Below, in pieces: positions 28,991-38,727 of a DNA stretch of 64,000 bases. The notes under the pieces are model-generated. The model searched no databases and had not been told where the DNA came from. It saw only the letters and a program-made list of their open reading frames with translations. How positions within the stretch are numbered: the stretch's first letter is position 1; each line of letters begins with the position of its first letter. The position numbers were made by a program, and so were the translations under genes. The stretch is from an uncultured Planctomycetia bacterium. GTDB lineage: Bacteria; Omnitrophota; Gorgyraeia; Duberdicusellales; 4484-171. Location of the stretch: contig CAZAYU010000003.1 of the NCBI GenBank assembly GCA_964489445.1, positions 65,172 through 129,171 on the forward strand. The letters are read 5' to 3'.

Positions 28991-29416
28991 ATGAGAAAAG
29001 GTTTTACTTTAGTCGAAATCATGATCGTTGTTGCAATAATTGCATTATTGGCAGTAATTGCTATTCCTGGACTTTTAAGAATGAGAGTTAACGCTAACGA
29101 AGCTAATGCGCAGGCAACTTTGAGGACTATTTCTACCGCATGTGAAAGCTACGCAGCTGCTAATAGCGGAAATTACCCAGCTAATGTTACCACTGTTCTA
29201 TACGGAGCCAATCCTAAGTATTTAAATGAAGATTATACCTTAGCCGCAAACAATCCACGCCAAGGATACACATTTGCGTGTGGGACCATGTCTACAGCAG
29301 GGTATACTTGCACAGCAAAGCCCACTAGTTGCACAACAACAGGGACAAAGAGTTTTACAGTGACAACTGGAGGAAGTTTAGCTACCGATTCTAGCTGTAC
29401 AGCTTCTGGTTCTTAG
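28991..29416 (+). CDS. Type IV pilin, probable major pilin
   Basis: MRKG/FTLVEIMIVVAII..L..IAIP; four C-terminal Cys; own TTGACA upstream, strong AGGAGG RBS and terminator. Confidence 0.9.
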   Translation: MRKGFTLVEIMIVVAIIALLAVIAIPGLLRMRVNANEANAQATLRTISTACESYAAANSGNYPANVTTVLYGANPKYLNEDYTLAANNPRQGYTFACGTMSTAGYTCTAKPTSCTTTGTKSFTVTTGGSLATDSSCTASGS

Positions 29417-29443
29417 AAGAGGAACCTTCCGATGTGATAATAG

Positions 29444-29476
29444 GCCGCCTTTTGGTAAACAAAAGGCGGTTTTTTT
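29444..29476 (+). terminator. Rho-independent terminator after the pilin gene
   Basis: GCCGCCTTTTG-GTAAA-CAAAAGGCGGT followed by a T tract. Confidence 0.9.
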
Positions 29477-29488
29477 ATTTTTGGTTCA

Positions 29489-29517
29489 TTGACAAAGATA
29501 TGTAAGTATATTAATAT
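29489..29517 (+). promoter_or_regulatory. Putative sigma70 promoter of the pilin-pilMNOPQ operon
   Basis: TTGACA-17-TAATAT. Confidence 0.6.
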
Positions 29518-29663
29518 ACCTATATTACATATTTTTATGAAATATGACTACTCACATTTTACCAGAAGAGAAATGGAAGGACTGGTTTACGAAGCTTAAC
29601 TTTTTAATGCTTAGTTATTATTATTTAATATAAGTAGTAATAACTCAACCAAAAGGAGGAGCC

Positions 29664-30122
29664 ATGTTTTTTATGGTTAGCAAAACTAAACAGAAACAAG
29701 GATTTACTATTGTTGAGCTTATGGTTACCATAGGCATTGTTATGATTCTTGCTCTTTTAGCCATTCCTCATGTTTGGCGAGTGAGAGTCAACTCTAATGA
29801 ATCTGTAGCTGTGTCGAATATAACTTCCTTGAATAGTGTATTACAATTATATTATATTAATAATAATATCTTTCCGGAAAGCCTGTCAATGCTTACTCCT
29901 CCGCAAGCCAACCCTGGATATATAGACCAGGAATTAGCCAGTGGGTCTAAGTCAGGGTATAATCTTGAGTATTCTTATACAGACGGATCTCATTTTTACA
30001 TTAATGCTAATCCCCAATCTTTAGGGCGGACAGGCAATAATTATTTTTATATAGATGAAACTGGTGTAGTAAGAAGTAATTCAGAAGAAGAGGCAGGTGT
30101 CAATGATTCCCCACTTAGATAG
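29664..30122 (+). CDS. Type IV pilin-like protein
   Basis: QG/FTIVELM prepilin site; KSGY...G...FYIDETGVVR. Confidence 0.85.
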   Translation: MFFMVSKTKQKQGFTIVELMVTIGIVMILALLAIPHVWRVRVNSNESVAVSNITSLNSVLQLYYINNNIFPESLSMLTPPQANPGYIDQELASGSKSGYNLEYSYTDGSHFYINANPQSLGRTGNNYFYIDETGVVRSNSEEEAGVNDSPLR

Positions 30123-31113
30123 AATATCTCAATTAAGCCATATGTTTAGTTTTAAAGAAAACGATTTTGTGGGCATCAACATTGGAAGTTATTACCTCAA
30201 AGGATTAGCTGTTCAAAAAGGAGAAATAGTCAATTGGTTTTTAGAACGAAATAATGGGCTTGCTCAGACCATCAAAAAGATATGGGATGAAAAAAAAATT
30301 CCCATTAAAAGGGCCAAGCTGTCTGTAAAGGGATCTTCTTGTTTAGTTCGTTGCTTTCCGTTTCCAAAAATGGAAAAGAAAAAACAAAGACAGGCTTTAT
30401 TTTATGAGATGAGTAAATTTATTCCTTTTTCTTCGGCTGATGTTTATTTTGATTTTTTTAATTTGCAAGATATTAGCTCTAAAGAAGAGTTAATTCTTTT
30501 AGCTGTGGCAAAAAAAGAATTTATCAATAGTATCTTAGAGGCTTTTGATAAAAACAATATTTCCGTTTCACAGATAAGCCTAGATAGTATTTGTTTACTA
30601 AATCTTTTTTTAAGCGTTTATAAAACTGATAAAGAAGAAAATGCGGCGATCTTAGATTTAGGATATGATTATTCAACGTTGTCAATCGTACATAAGGGAA
30701 CTCCTTTTTTAATTAGAGATGTAAAATTCAGTACCAAAGAAATTCTACAAATTGTTTCTCGAGTTAAAGATTTTTCTATAGAAGATGCAAATAAATGGAT
30801 TAACTCTTTAAAGGATAAAAGCGAATTTTTTAAATTAGTCGGTGATACTATTTCTCGTTTTTGTCAAGAGATGAAGAGCTCTTTTGATTATTTTGAAGTG
30901 AACAAAGGTGAGCATATTGATAAATTATACTTGAGTGGTGGTTTAGTTTCGGTAGAGGGAATTGAAAACATATTTTTCGAATCTTTAGACATCAAAACAG
31001 ATATTTTAAATATAGTTCCTTCGGACAAAAAGAGTTTACTTAGTAATTTTTTAAACAAGCAACAATTTTTTTTAAAAAATGATTTTACGACTGTTTTTGG
31101 ATTAGTCTCTTAA
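30097..31113 (+). CDS. pilM: Pilus assembly protein PilM
   Basis: VGINIGS, IPF, LLAVAKK, ILDLG, SFDYF, LYLSGG actin-like motifs; start may be 30103 or 30142. Confidence 0.85.
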   Translation: MSMIPHLDRISQLSHMFSFKENDFVGINIGSYYLKGLAVQKGEIVNWFLERNNGLAQTIKKIWDEKKIPIKRAKLSVKGSSCLVRCFPFPKMEKKKQRQALFYEMSKFIPFSSADVYFDFFNLQDISSKEELILLAVAKKEFINSILEAFDKNNISVSQISLDSICLLNLFLSVYKTDKEENAAILDLGYDYSTLSIVHKGTPFLIRDVKFSTKEILQIVSRVKDFSIEDANKWINSLKDKSEFFKLVGDTISRFCQEMKSSFDYFEVNKGEHIDKLYLSGGLVSVEGIENIFFESLDIKTDILNIVPSDKKSLLSNFLNKQQFFLKNDFTTVFGLVS

Positions 31114-31135
31114 GCAATTTTAAAAAATATAAATA

Positions 31136-31699
31136 GTGAAGAGAATAGAAATAGATTTAAATCCCAAGAAAAAGCACACATTAAGTGAAGATTTTCAAAA
31201 AATTGTTGTGTTTGCTCCGTTAGCCATTCTGCTGGCAGCTGTTATTTTTATTTTACTGATAATTTTGCAGGTAGTTGTAGTTCAAAAACAAGCTAAATTA
31301 GGTGGGGTTAGAAAACAAGAAGAAATCTGGAGTGAAAAGGCTAGCATTGTTCAAGCTATTAGAACAGATATATTTGAATTAGAAAAAGAAAAGAATATCC
31401 TTCAAGGAGTAATTGTTTCTGAGGATGAAGTTGCAAAAATTTTAAATGATGTTTTCTTGTCAATACCTAAAAATATCTGGCTTGAGCAGTTTAATCTTGA
31501 TGAACAATCTATTAGTCTATCTGGCTGCGTTGTAAGATGGAAAGAAGATCCTTTGGGCTCTTTGGAGAAATTTATTAATTCTTTGAGAAAAAAGAAATAT
31601 TTCTCTCTAAAGTTTAAAAAGGTACATATTAAGGATTCGAAGAAGGTGAATTTTAGTGGGACTGAAGTACTAAAGTTTGATATCGAATGCAAAAAATAA
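31136..31699 (+). CDS. pilN: PilN-like protein
   Basis: IDL N-terminus, TM, coiled coil, IPKNIWL; position after pilM. Confidence 0.75.
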   Translation: MKRIEIDLNPKKKHTLSEDFQKIVVFAPLAILLAAVIFILLIILQVVVVQKQAKLGGVRKQEEIWSEKASIVQAIRTDIFELEKEKNILQGVIVSEDEVAKILNDVFLSIPKNIWLEQFNLDEQSISLSGCVVRWKEDPLGSLEKFINSLRKKKYFSLKFKKVHIKDSKKVNFSGTEVLKFDIECKK

Positions 31700-32229
31700 A
31701 TTTTCACAAACAAACAATTATTTTTTTAATTATCGTTTTGTTTTTGGTGGTTGGGTTTTTGGTATTTCTGCCTTGGAGAATTGGGGCAATATTGGATCTG
31801 AATAAGAAAATAGCACAATCCACCGGCAACCTAAACACGGTTAAATCCAGCTGGGCTTTAAAAGATAGTTATTTGAACACAAAGAATAATATTAAAATAG
31901 AGATTGAAAAAGTGCGAATGAAAATTATTTCTTTAGAAGAAGATACTAAAGTGTATTCTTTTATCTCTGCTGGTAGTAAAAGTTTTAATATAAATATTCA
32001 TTCTTTATCTCCGGAAAAGCTCCAGGATTATGCCTTAACTAATTCAGGCGACTTTAAGTATTTACCGATTCAGATTAAAGCTGAAGGAGGGTTTCATAGT
32101 TTGATTGGATTTTTGAATTATCTCCAAAACAGCAAGTATCTTTTCGGGGTAAAGCAGCTAAGTATAAGTAGCAAGTATCCCCTTAATGAAATAAATATGA
32201 CAATATGTTGCTTAATAGAAAAAAAATAA
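31687..32229 (+). CDS. pilO: PilO-like protein
   Basis: TM, coiled coil, LPIQIKAEGGFHSLIGFL. Confidence 0.78.
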   Translation: MQKINFHKQTIIFLIIVLFLVVGFLVFLPWRIGAILDLNKKIAQSTGNLNTVKSSWALKDSYLNTKNNIKIEIEKVRMKIISLEEDTKVYSFISAGSKSFNINIHSLSPEKLQDYALTNSGDFKYLPIQIKAEGGFHSLIGFLNYLQNSKYLFGVKQLSISSKYPLNEINMTICCLIEKK

Positions 32230-32540
32230 TTTTTATTTTTGTTGGAATTATTATTTTATTTTTTTCTGCTGTTGTCAATTATGCAGAAGAAGAGCGTGAT
32301 CCATTTCTACCACTGGTTAATAAAAATGGGTTAGTGTTAATACCTACGGAAGTTGATGTTGGAGGGTTACAATTGGGAGGAATAATTTATTCGGAAGAAT
32401 CTCCAGTTGCGATTATTAACCAAGAAGTATTAAAACGAGAAGAAGTGATAGAGGGATATGAAATTATGGCAATAAATGAAAAAGAAGTTATTTTAAAGAA
32501 AGGAAATGATGAGTTTATCTTAAAACTGGAGGATGAATGA
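32205..32540 (+). CDS. PilP-like protein
   Basis: RDPF, LGGIIYS...AIIN; position before the secretin. Confidence 0.7.
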   Translation: MLLNRKKIIFIFVGIIILFFSAVVNYAEEERDPFLPLVNKNGLVLIPTEVDVGGLQLGGIIYSEESPVAIINQEVLKREEVIEGYEIMAINEKEVILKKGNDEFILKLEDE

Positions 32541-34132
32541 AGAGAAGGAATAATAAAAAAGAAAAACAAAGAAAGGAAGAATATTTCCCGGTGTTTTTCA
32601 AAGGAAAGAATATAGCAGTCTTCGGTAAAAGAATATTGTTTATTTTATGCTTGTTATTTGCTTTTTGCTGTTGCGCGGCACCTCTAATTTATGCTCAGCA
32701 AGAGGTAATTTCAGTTATAAAATTTAAAGATGTGGGTATTAAAGTAGTTCTTCAATCAATTGCCGCTAAGGCGGAAAAAGATGGTGAGAAAGTCAATATT
32801 ATTGTTAGTCCCAATGTTGAGGGGCTAGTTACTGTCAAGTTAGAAAACATAAGTTGGCAGGAAGCCTTAGATGGCATAGTCGGAGCCTATAACTATGATT
32901 ATAAATGGATCGGAAATAATGTCATTCTGGTGGGAACGTTAGAAGAAATAAAAGATAAAGAGTTACGGGAACGTGAAATGCATGAAATAGAAGTTCCCCG
33001 AACAAAAGTATTTAAGTTAAGCTATCTTGATGCTAATGACGCAAAAAAGACGATAGAACCTTTATTGTCTGCAGTAGGGAGAATTTCGGTTTTAGAAGCA
33101 ACTGGGCAGGCTGGATGGGAATTTGGGACAGATGTTACTAAGCGGACACGCTCCAAAGAAGGTAAGATTTCTCGAACAAAAACTTTAGTTGTCTCTGACG
33201 TTTCCTCTACTTTAAAAGATATTGCCTTGCTTTTAGAAGAAATAGATATTAGACCTCAACAGATTTTAATAAAAGCTAGGATTATGGAGGTGAGTAATGA
33301 TTTTTTGAAGGATTTTGGATTTAGTTGGGGAACGGGCAGTGATGGTGCATCTCAGTCTACTTTACGGTTTCAGGAGATAGATAATAATGGGCGGAAAACA
33401 GTTGCTGGGCATATGTTAAACAGTGTTACTCCGAATATTTGGAATCCTTTAGAGGGAACGGCGTTTACACCATCTACTGCAGGGTTGCAACTTGCTTTTC
33501 AAAAGTTAACTGGGCAGCAGTTCGAAGTAATTTTAAGTGCTGTAGAGGAAGATGCTAACACGAATACTCTGTCTGCGCCGACAATTGTTACCTTAAATAA
33601 TCAGGAAGCTTCCATTCTTGTCGGGGAAAAATATCCGATTATAAAAACAGATACTAGTACGGAAACTAGTCGGATTGTCGGCGGATCATTAGAAGAGTAT
33701 AAAGATATTGGAATACAGTTGAATGTTGTTCCTCAGATTTGTGGTAAAAACAGTGAATTCATAAACATGATTGTTCATCCTGCAGTTACGTCGGAATCTG
33801 GAACGGTAAGCGTTAAAGCAGATAGCGATACAGTTCTTGTATCATATCCGATCATTGCTTCTCGCGAGGCAGAAACTCAAGTATTAGTTAAAGATGGAGA
33901 AACAATTGTTATCGGAGGGTTAATGAAGGATGTCAAGTCAAAAGAGGAAATTGGGATTCCATTTTTAAGCAGAATTCCTGTTCTCGGATGGTTATTTAAG
34001 CGTTCTACAGAGGATACACTTAAAATGGATTTATTAATTTTTATTACCGCTAAAATAATTGAGCCCGGAGAAATAATTTCCCAGGAAATTGTAAAAACAA
34101 AACAAGTTACTAATCAATTTAAAGGTAAGTAA
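32537..34132 (+). CDS. pilQ: Outer membrane secretin (PilQ/GspD family)
   Basis: QILIKARIMEV, LSAP.I.TLNNQEA.I.VG, GIQLNVVP, DGETIVIGGL, IP.L..IP.LGWLFK, LLIFIT. Confidence 0.9.
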   Translation: MKRRNNKKEKQRKEEYFPVFFKGKNIAVFGKRILFILCLLFAFCCCAAPLIYAQQEVISVIKFKDVGIKVVLQSIAAKAEKDGEKVNIIVSPNVEGLVTVKLENISWQEALDGIVGAYNYDYKWIGNNVILVGTLEEIKDKELREREMHEIEVPRTKVFKLSYLDANDAKKTIEPLLSAVGRISVLEATGQAGWEFGTDVTKRTRSKEGKISRTKTLVVSDVSSTLKDIALLLEEIDIRPQQILIKARIMEVSNDFLKDFGFSWGTGSDGASQSTLRFQEIDNNGRKTVAGHMLNSVTPNIWNPLEGTAFTPSTAGLQLAFQKLTGQQFEVILSAVEEDANTNTLSAPTIVTLNNQEASILVGEKYPIIKTDTSTETSRIVGGSLEEYKDIGIQLNVVPQICGKNSEFINMIVHPAVTSESGTVSVKADSDTVLVSYPIIASREAETQVLVKDGETIVIGGLMKDVKSKEEIGIPFLSRIPVLGWLFKRSTEDTLKMDLLIFITAKIIEPGEIISQEIVKTKQVTNQFKGK

Positions 34133-34136
34133 AGGT

Positions 34137-34934
34137 ATGTATTTTGAGCTTTATGGTCTAAAAAAAGCGCCATTTAATATTACTTCTGACCCGGAAGTTT
34201 TTTATGAAAGTTCTTCTCACCGGGAAGCATTAGCTGCTCTTATTTATGGAATAGAAGAAAAAAAAGGGATAATTCTGGTTACCGGTGAAGTGGGAACAGG
34301 AAAAACAACTCTTTGCAAAACTCTTCTTCACAGACTTAATCCCCGAATAAAAACCTCATTAATACTTAATCCTTACTTTAGTGAAGTGCAATTATTACAG
34401 GCGATTGTAGAAGATTTTGGTTTAAAAGCTGAGAAGAAAAATCGTTTAGAGATGGTTAAAAAACTAAATGCTTTTTTAGTTGAAGTAAGCCTTGAAGGAG
34501 GAGGGGCAGTGTTAATTATTGATGAAGCTCAGAATTTGACTAATCGCCAATTAGAGCAAGTTCGTCTCCTATCTAATTTAGAGACTTCTCATGATAAATT
34601 GCTGCAAATTATCATTGCTGGACAGCCGGAATTAATAAAAAAACTCAGTAGCTTTGATTTACGACAAATCCGCCAAAGAATATCAATAAAACATCGGCTT
34701 TCTCCGCTAAGTGAAGAAGAAGTAAAAGGATATGTTCGGTTTAGGCTAGAGAGTGCAGGTGGCGACGGAATTAATATTGTACCGGAAGGGTATAAAGTTA
34801 TCTATGAGTTTTCTAAAGGTATCCCTCGCTTAATTAACATATTGTGTGATCGTGCGTTGTTATGTGGATTTGTTAAAGAGAAAAAAACTTTTGATCGAGA
34901 AATATTTAAAGCTTGCGTTGAAGACCTTAAATAA
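34137..34934 (+). CDS. ExeA/MshM-like AAA ATPase (no C-terminal peptidoglycan-binding domain)
   Basis: PF.ITSDP, GEVGTGKTT, IIDEAQ, GQPEL, GIPRLINILCD. Confidence 0.9.
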   Translation: MYFELYGLKKAPFNITSDPEVFYESSSHREALAALIYGIEEKKGIILVTGEVGTGKTTLCKTLLHRLNPRIKTSLILNPYFSEVQLLQAIVEDFGLKAEKKNRLEMVKKLNAFLVEVSLEGGGAVLIIDEAQNLTNRQLEQVRLLSNLETSHDKLLQIIIAGQPELIKKLSSFDLRQIRQRISIKHRLSPLSEEEVKGYVRFRLESAGGDGINIVPEGYKVIYEFSKGIPRLINILCDRALLCGFVKEKKTFDREIFKACVEDLK

Positions 34935-34953
34935 AAGAACAACAATAAAATAA

Positions 34954-35421
34954 ATGAGTATTATATATGAAGCCCTAAAAAAAGTAGAGAAGAACCAAGG
35001 TCTTAGGGAGAATAAAAAAAATACTGACGAAAAAGAAATTTTTAAAAGTAAAACTAGCAAAAATAGGTTTTTTTCAGGAAAGATAATTATTTTTATTTTT
35101 GTGGGGATATTGGTGTGTTTAGGATTAATCTTGAATTTAACAGGCAGAAAAGATAATCTCGAGATGATGGCAAATAAAACAACGGAAAAAATAGAAATTG
35201 TTTCCCAACAAGTGGAACAATATCCGGAAATCGTACCTGGTGTGTATGCTCTTGAAGGAGTTGTCCAGGACGGAGAAAATTCATTTGTGGTGGTTAACGG
35301 AAAAATACTAAAGATGTTTGACAAGATAGACGACTTTACAGTAAATAGAATTAGCGGAAATGAAGTAGAGTTGCTAAACCTTAAAGATAATAGTAAGCTA
35401 ATCCTTTCTCTTTCTTTTTAA
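34954..35421 (+). CDS. ExeB/GspB-like membrane protein
   Basis: MSIIYEALKK N-terminus typical of ExeB-like proteins; single TM; LEGV...VVVNG. Confidence 0.7.
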   Translation: MSIIYEALKKVEKNQGLRENKKNTDEKEIFKSKTSKNRFFSGKIIIFIFVGILVCLGLILNLTGRKDNLEMMANKTTEKIEIVSQQVEQYPEIVPGVYALEGVVQDGENSFVVVNGKILKMFDKIDDFTVNRISGNEVELLNLKDNSKLILSLSF

Positions 35422-35440
35422 TAGAATCCTCTAAGTAATT

Positions 35441-38065
35441 TTAACCCAAGAACGCTTTAATGTGTAGCTCGTCAGAGGTGAGGATGACTGCTTTATTGAT
35501 GAGGCATTTTCCTTGCTTGGTTGGCAACAGCTTATTATTAAGAGTTATTTTTTTCATTTTGTAAATCTTTTTCTGATTGACAGATTTAATAAAAGAAACT
35601 TTTATTCTACGATTGTGCAAATGTCCAGAGAACTCAATACTGTCTTTGAAAAAAAACGAGTGATCAAGCTTTGGTTCAATAAGCAAATTTCCCATAAAAA
35701 ATTTAAAACCCAAAGTCTCTTCAATTAATGTGTAAACGAACCAGCTAGCAGATCCAGTTAGGTAGGAGTACAATCCTTTACCTTCATTGTTGAAGTATTC
35801 AGGGATTACTGGATAAATATTAGCTTTATCAGATATACACATTTTATATATTGAGAGTAAAACATAACAAGCTTCTTTAATTAGATAGTTTTTATATAAT
35901 GAATTAGAAAGCATAACTGACATATGGTTAAATATTGCACCGTTTTCTTTATCACCATAAGAGAAAGCGAAAGCTCTTCCTAGGTCGAGATAAATATTTT
36001 GAAAATTTGTATTAAGCCGAAAGCCTCCTAATGTTTTATCTTTTAAATATTTGCTTACTGAAGAGTATATTTTTTTGGCTTGTTTTTTTGATACTCCTTT
36101 GCTCATTAAAGCAAATACTTGGGAAGGAAGCATAATCTTTGGTTTATTTTTTAGAATGCCTTCAACACGTTTTCCATGGTTATCATAATAACCATTAAAG
36201 AATCCGTGTTTAATCCATTCTTGTTTTTTCAACAAAGAAAAAAGATGGCTGCTCATTTGTCTGAGTTTAGAAATTAAATCTTGAGAGCTAATCTCTATTT
36301 TAGTGCCGCTTAAAGGATAAATTGTAGATAAATATTGTTTCAAACGTTTTTGATTTTTCCGGTAATTTGTGTATTCCAAGCAAAGATCCATCTTTCCTAA
36401 AAGGAAAGTTAATTCCTTAGCCAATTCTATTGTTTTTTTGTTTTTCGTTAGCTGATCTATAAAAAAACAAATGTCATTTAAATTGTGAGCGTACATAAAG
36501 CTAAATGTTACACTTTCGCCATTAGTGCTAGCCATATCTAAACCATCATTCCAGTCAGCATTTTCCAGACGGATAATATTATGTTTACCTACGTTAAAGA
36601 AAGCAGTTAAGTGCTGGATTAAAAGGTGTTCTAAGACAGTACCTTTGTATATTTTTTTAGTTTTAGTGCGCAGAAGATAGTCTTGGCTACAGAATTTAGT
36701 GGTTTTTTCTTGAGCGCGCATTACCAAGTGATCTTGGAAATAAGGAAGCTGGTCGGTGAGGATGTTTATGTCTCCGGTTTTATGGATGTATGAGCGTAAA
36801 GTAAGATAAGGCCAAATACCGTGGTCTATCCATACCCGGGGAATGCTATTGCGGTCGGAAATAAATTTTCCTTCTTTTGTGATTATTGTAGCGTTTGTGC
36901 CATCTATTCTTATTCCGGAGAAACTTTTTAAAATCAATTTTTTTGCTTTTAATGGTTCAGTTAACAATAGGGATAAAACATCTTGCCATAAATCTCTCCA
37001 TCCACGCCCTCCCTTTCCGTAATCAAAATGTGGTAAGAAAGAGCAACCAAACAATTTTCTTAAAACTGGTTGTAATTTTACCCAGCGTAGCCAATTGTTT
37101 AATGTTTTTTGCTTAAAATCAAAATTAATATTTTCCATTCGGCGAGTCCAGTATTTTTTTGTTTCTTCTAATTTGTTGTTTATTTTTAGGGGAGAGTCTA
37201 ACTGGCTGAAGATGGATTGTATTTTTTTCCCATTATCTGAATCAATTCCTGTGATGATCGAGTATTGTATTTCTTGGTTTTTCTTTAATGTTTTTTGAGA
37301 AAAACGAAAGGACGCGATAGTTTCCTTTCCGTTAAATTGGCTATTATTTTTATTGATAGGATGGATATTTCCAGTTATCGCTTCTGGTTGGATTAAATCT
37401 CCAGAACCACAGAAGTAATCAAGCGTGGGAAATTGGCCCAAAGGAGGTAGTTTATTTCCTTCAAACCCGATGGTGTAGTATACGGTCTTATTTAGTGTAT
37501 GTCCTTTTTCGTTAAAAATGATTGTGGGCTTGAGATTTATTCCGTATTTCGTGATTCGGATTCTATTTAATAAGCTGCTAACATGTCGGTGATCTCTTAT
37601 GTTTTTTTCGCTTCTTCCGTAAAGAGGCATAAATGAAGTAGGAATAATACTTATCGGTTTTCTTTTTTTATTTCTTATTGTTACTTTTGTAATTTCTACT
37701 GGTAAATCAAAAGGAACAAAATTTAAAATTTCTACCTGTAAGGCTGAAAAGTTCTTCGTAATCTTATGATACAGAAAACCTGCTTCTAATTTATCATCGG
37801 CCGGATATGATAAACGGATTATTTTTTTTGGTGATTTTATCCCTATGAAAAAGTCACGGCGACAGAGCAAGTTTGTGTTTAAATCAACCATACTTACGGG
37901 AGGTGTAAGGAAATGGTCATTATCTGCTTTAATATCTCCGGCAAGATTTGGACTTATTGAGCAGAGCAATTTTCCGTGTTGATCGGTAAGCGGAAAATAA
38001 AGGCCACGGTTTTGTGGGTTCTTTACAGTGAATGTCCCTTGGTTATCAATAAATTTATAGAGCAT
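35441..38065 (-). CDS. GH94 glycoside phosphorylase (laminaribiose phosphorylase-like)
   Basis: GRGWRDLWQD, ADWNDGLD, KENGAIFNH, YLTGSASW. Confidence 0.85.
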   Translation of the reverse strand: MLYKFIDNQGTFTVKNPQNRGLYFPLTDQHGKLLCSISPNLAGDIKADNDHFLTPPVSMVDLNTNLLCRRDFFIGIKSPKKIIRLSYPADDKLEAGFLYHKITKNFSALQVEILNFVPFDLPVEITKVTIRNKKRKPISIIPTSFMPLYGRSEKNIRDHRHVSSLLNRIRITKYGINLKPTIIFNEKGHTLNKTVYYTIGFEGNKLPPLGQFPTLDYFCGSGDLIQPEAITGNIHPINKNNSQFNGKETIASFRFSQKTLKKNQEIQYSIITGIDSDNGKKIQSIFSQLDSPLKINNKLEETKKYWTRRMENINFDFKQKTLNNWLRWVKLQPVLRKLFGCSFLPHFDYGKGGRGWRDLWQDVLSLLLTEPLKAKKLILKSFSGIRIDGTNATIITKEGKFISDRNSIPRVWIDHGIWPYLTLRSYIHKTGDINILTDQLPYFQDHLVMRAQEKTTKFCSQDYLLRTKTKKIYKGTVLEHLLIQHLTAFFNVGKHNIIRLENADWNDGLDMASTNGESVTFSFMYAHNLNDICFFIDQLTKNKKTIELAKELTFLLGKMDLCLEYTNYRKNQKRLKQYLSTIYPLSGTKIEISSQDLISKLRQMSSHLFSLLKKQEWIKHGFFNGYYDNHGKRVEGILKNKPKIMLPSQVFALMSKGVSKKQAKKIYSSVSKYLKDKTLGGFRLNTNFQNIYLDLGRAFAFSYGDKENGAIFNHMSVMLSNSLYKNYLIKEACYVLLSIYKMCISDKANIYPVIPEYFNNEGKGLYSYLTGSASWFVYTLIEETLGFKFFMGNLLIEPKLDHSFFFKDSIEFSGHLHNRRIKVSFIKSVNQKKIYKMKKITLNNKLLPTKQGKCLINKAVILTSDELHIKAFLG

Positions 38066-38508
38066 TAAGAGATATCCTTATTTTGCTTAGTATTGGTGTT
38101 GAATGTTTTGTATTTATCAAGATTAGCTATTGCGCCTTTGATTTCTGTTAATTGTTTAGATAATGTGTTTATCCTGTACTCAATAGAGTTAAGAATCCAA
38201 AATTGAAAATGCTCAACCTTCATTTGTTTATTAATCATCCAGATAATTTTTATTGAAACTAGCAATAATCCAATTTCGATGGAGAATAAAGGGGGCAAAG
38301 GGATATTTATTTTCAATATATGTCGCAGTGTATCGATAATGAATAAAATGGAAACTGTCAGCAAAAAACAAATGTTGAGCAGTTTATCGCTTTTTTTTAA
38401 AGCTTTGCCTCCGATGGACCCAATAACATTTTTAATTTTTTCTTTTTCTTGGCGGAACTGTTTTAGTTCTTCCTGGAGTATTTTGATTTCTGCGTCATGG
38501 ACAGGCAT
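38065..38508 (-). CDS. Hypothetical 2-TM membrane protein
   Basis: 147 aa; stop overlaps the GH94 start; HFQFWILNSIEYRIN motif. Confidence 0.7.
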   Translation of the reverse strand: MPVHDAEIKILQEELKQFRQEKEKIKNVIGSIGGKALKKSDKLLNICFLLTVSILFIIDTLRHILKINIPLPPLFSIEIGLLLVSIKIIWMINKQMKVEHFQFWILNSIEYRINTLSKQLTEIKGAIANLDKYKTFNTNTKQNKDIS

Positions 38509-38727
38509 AAGTAAATTCTATCTATTTGGTTAAGGTTGTATTTATAGCAAGAGAAGAATGTTCTTACAATACTCTTTTAAAATAGCATACTTTTTAATCT
38601 ACAGCAATGTTAATTTATGTGCTGGTGAATAATTAAATGATAGATTTTTAATGATAAGTTGATATAATTCTAATCAGGATGTAAAACAAGGAATTAATAA
38701 AGTAAATTGTTAAGCGATTTATCCATT

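Noticed and set aside
29537-29599. 20-codon ORF (MKYDYSHF...) as a leader peptide
   Set aside because: No RBS, no attenuator structure and no informative codon bias
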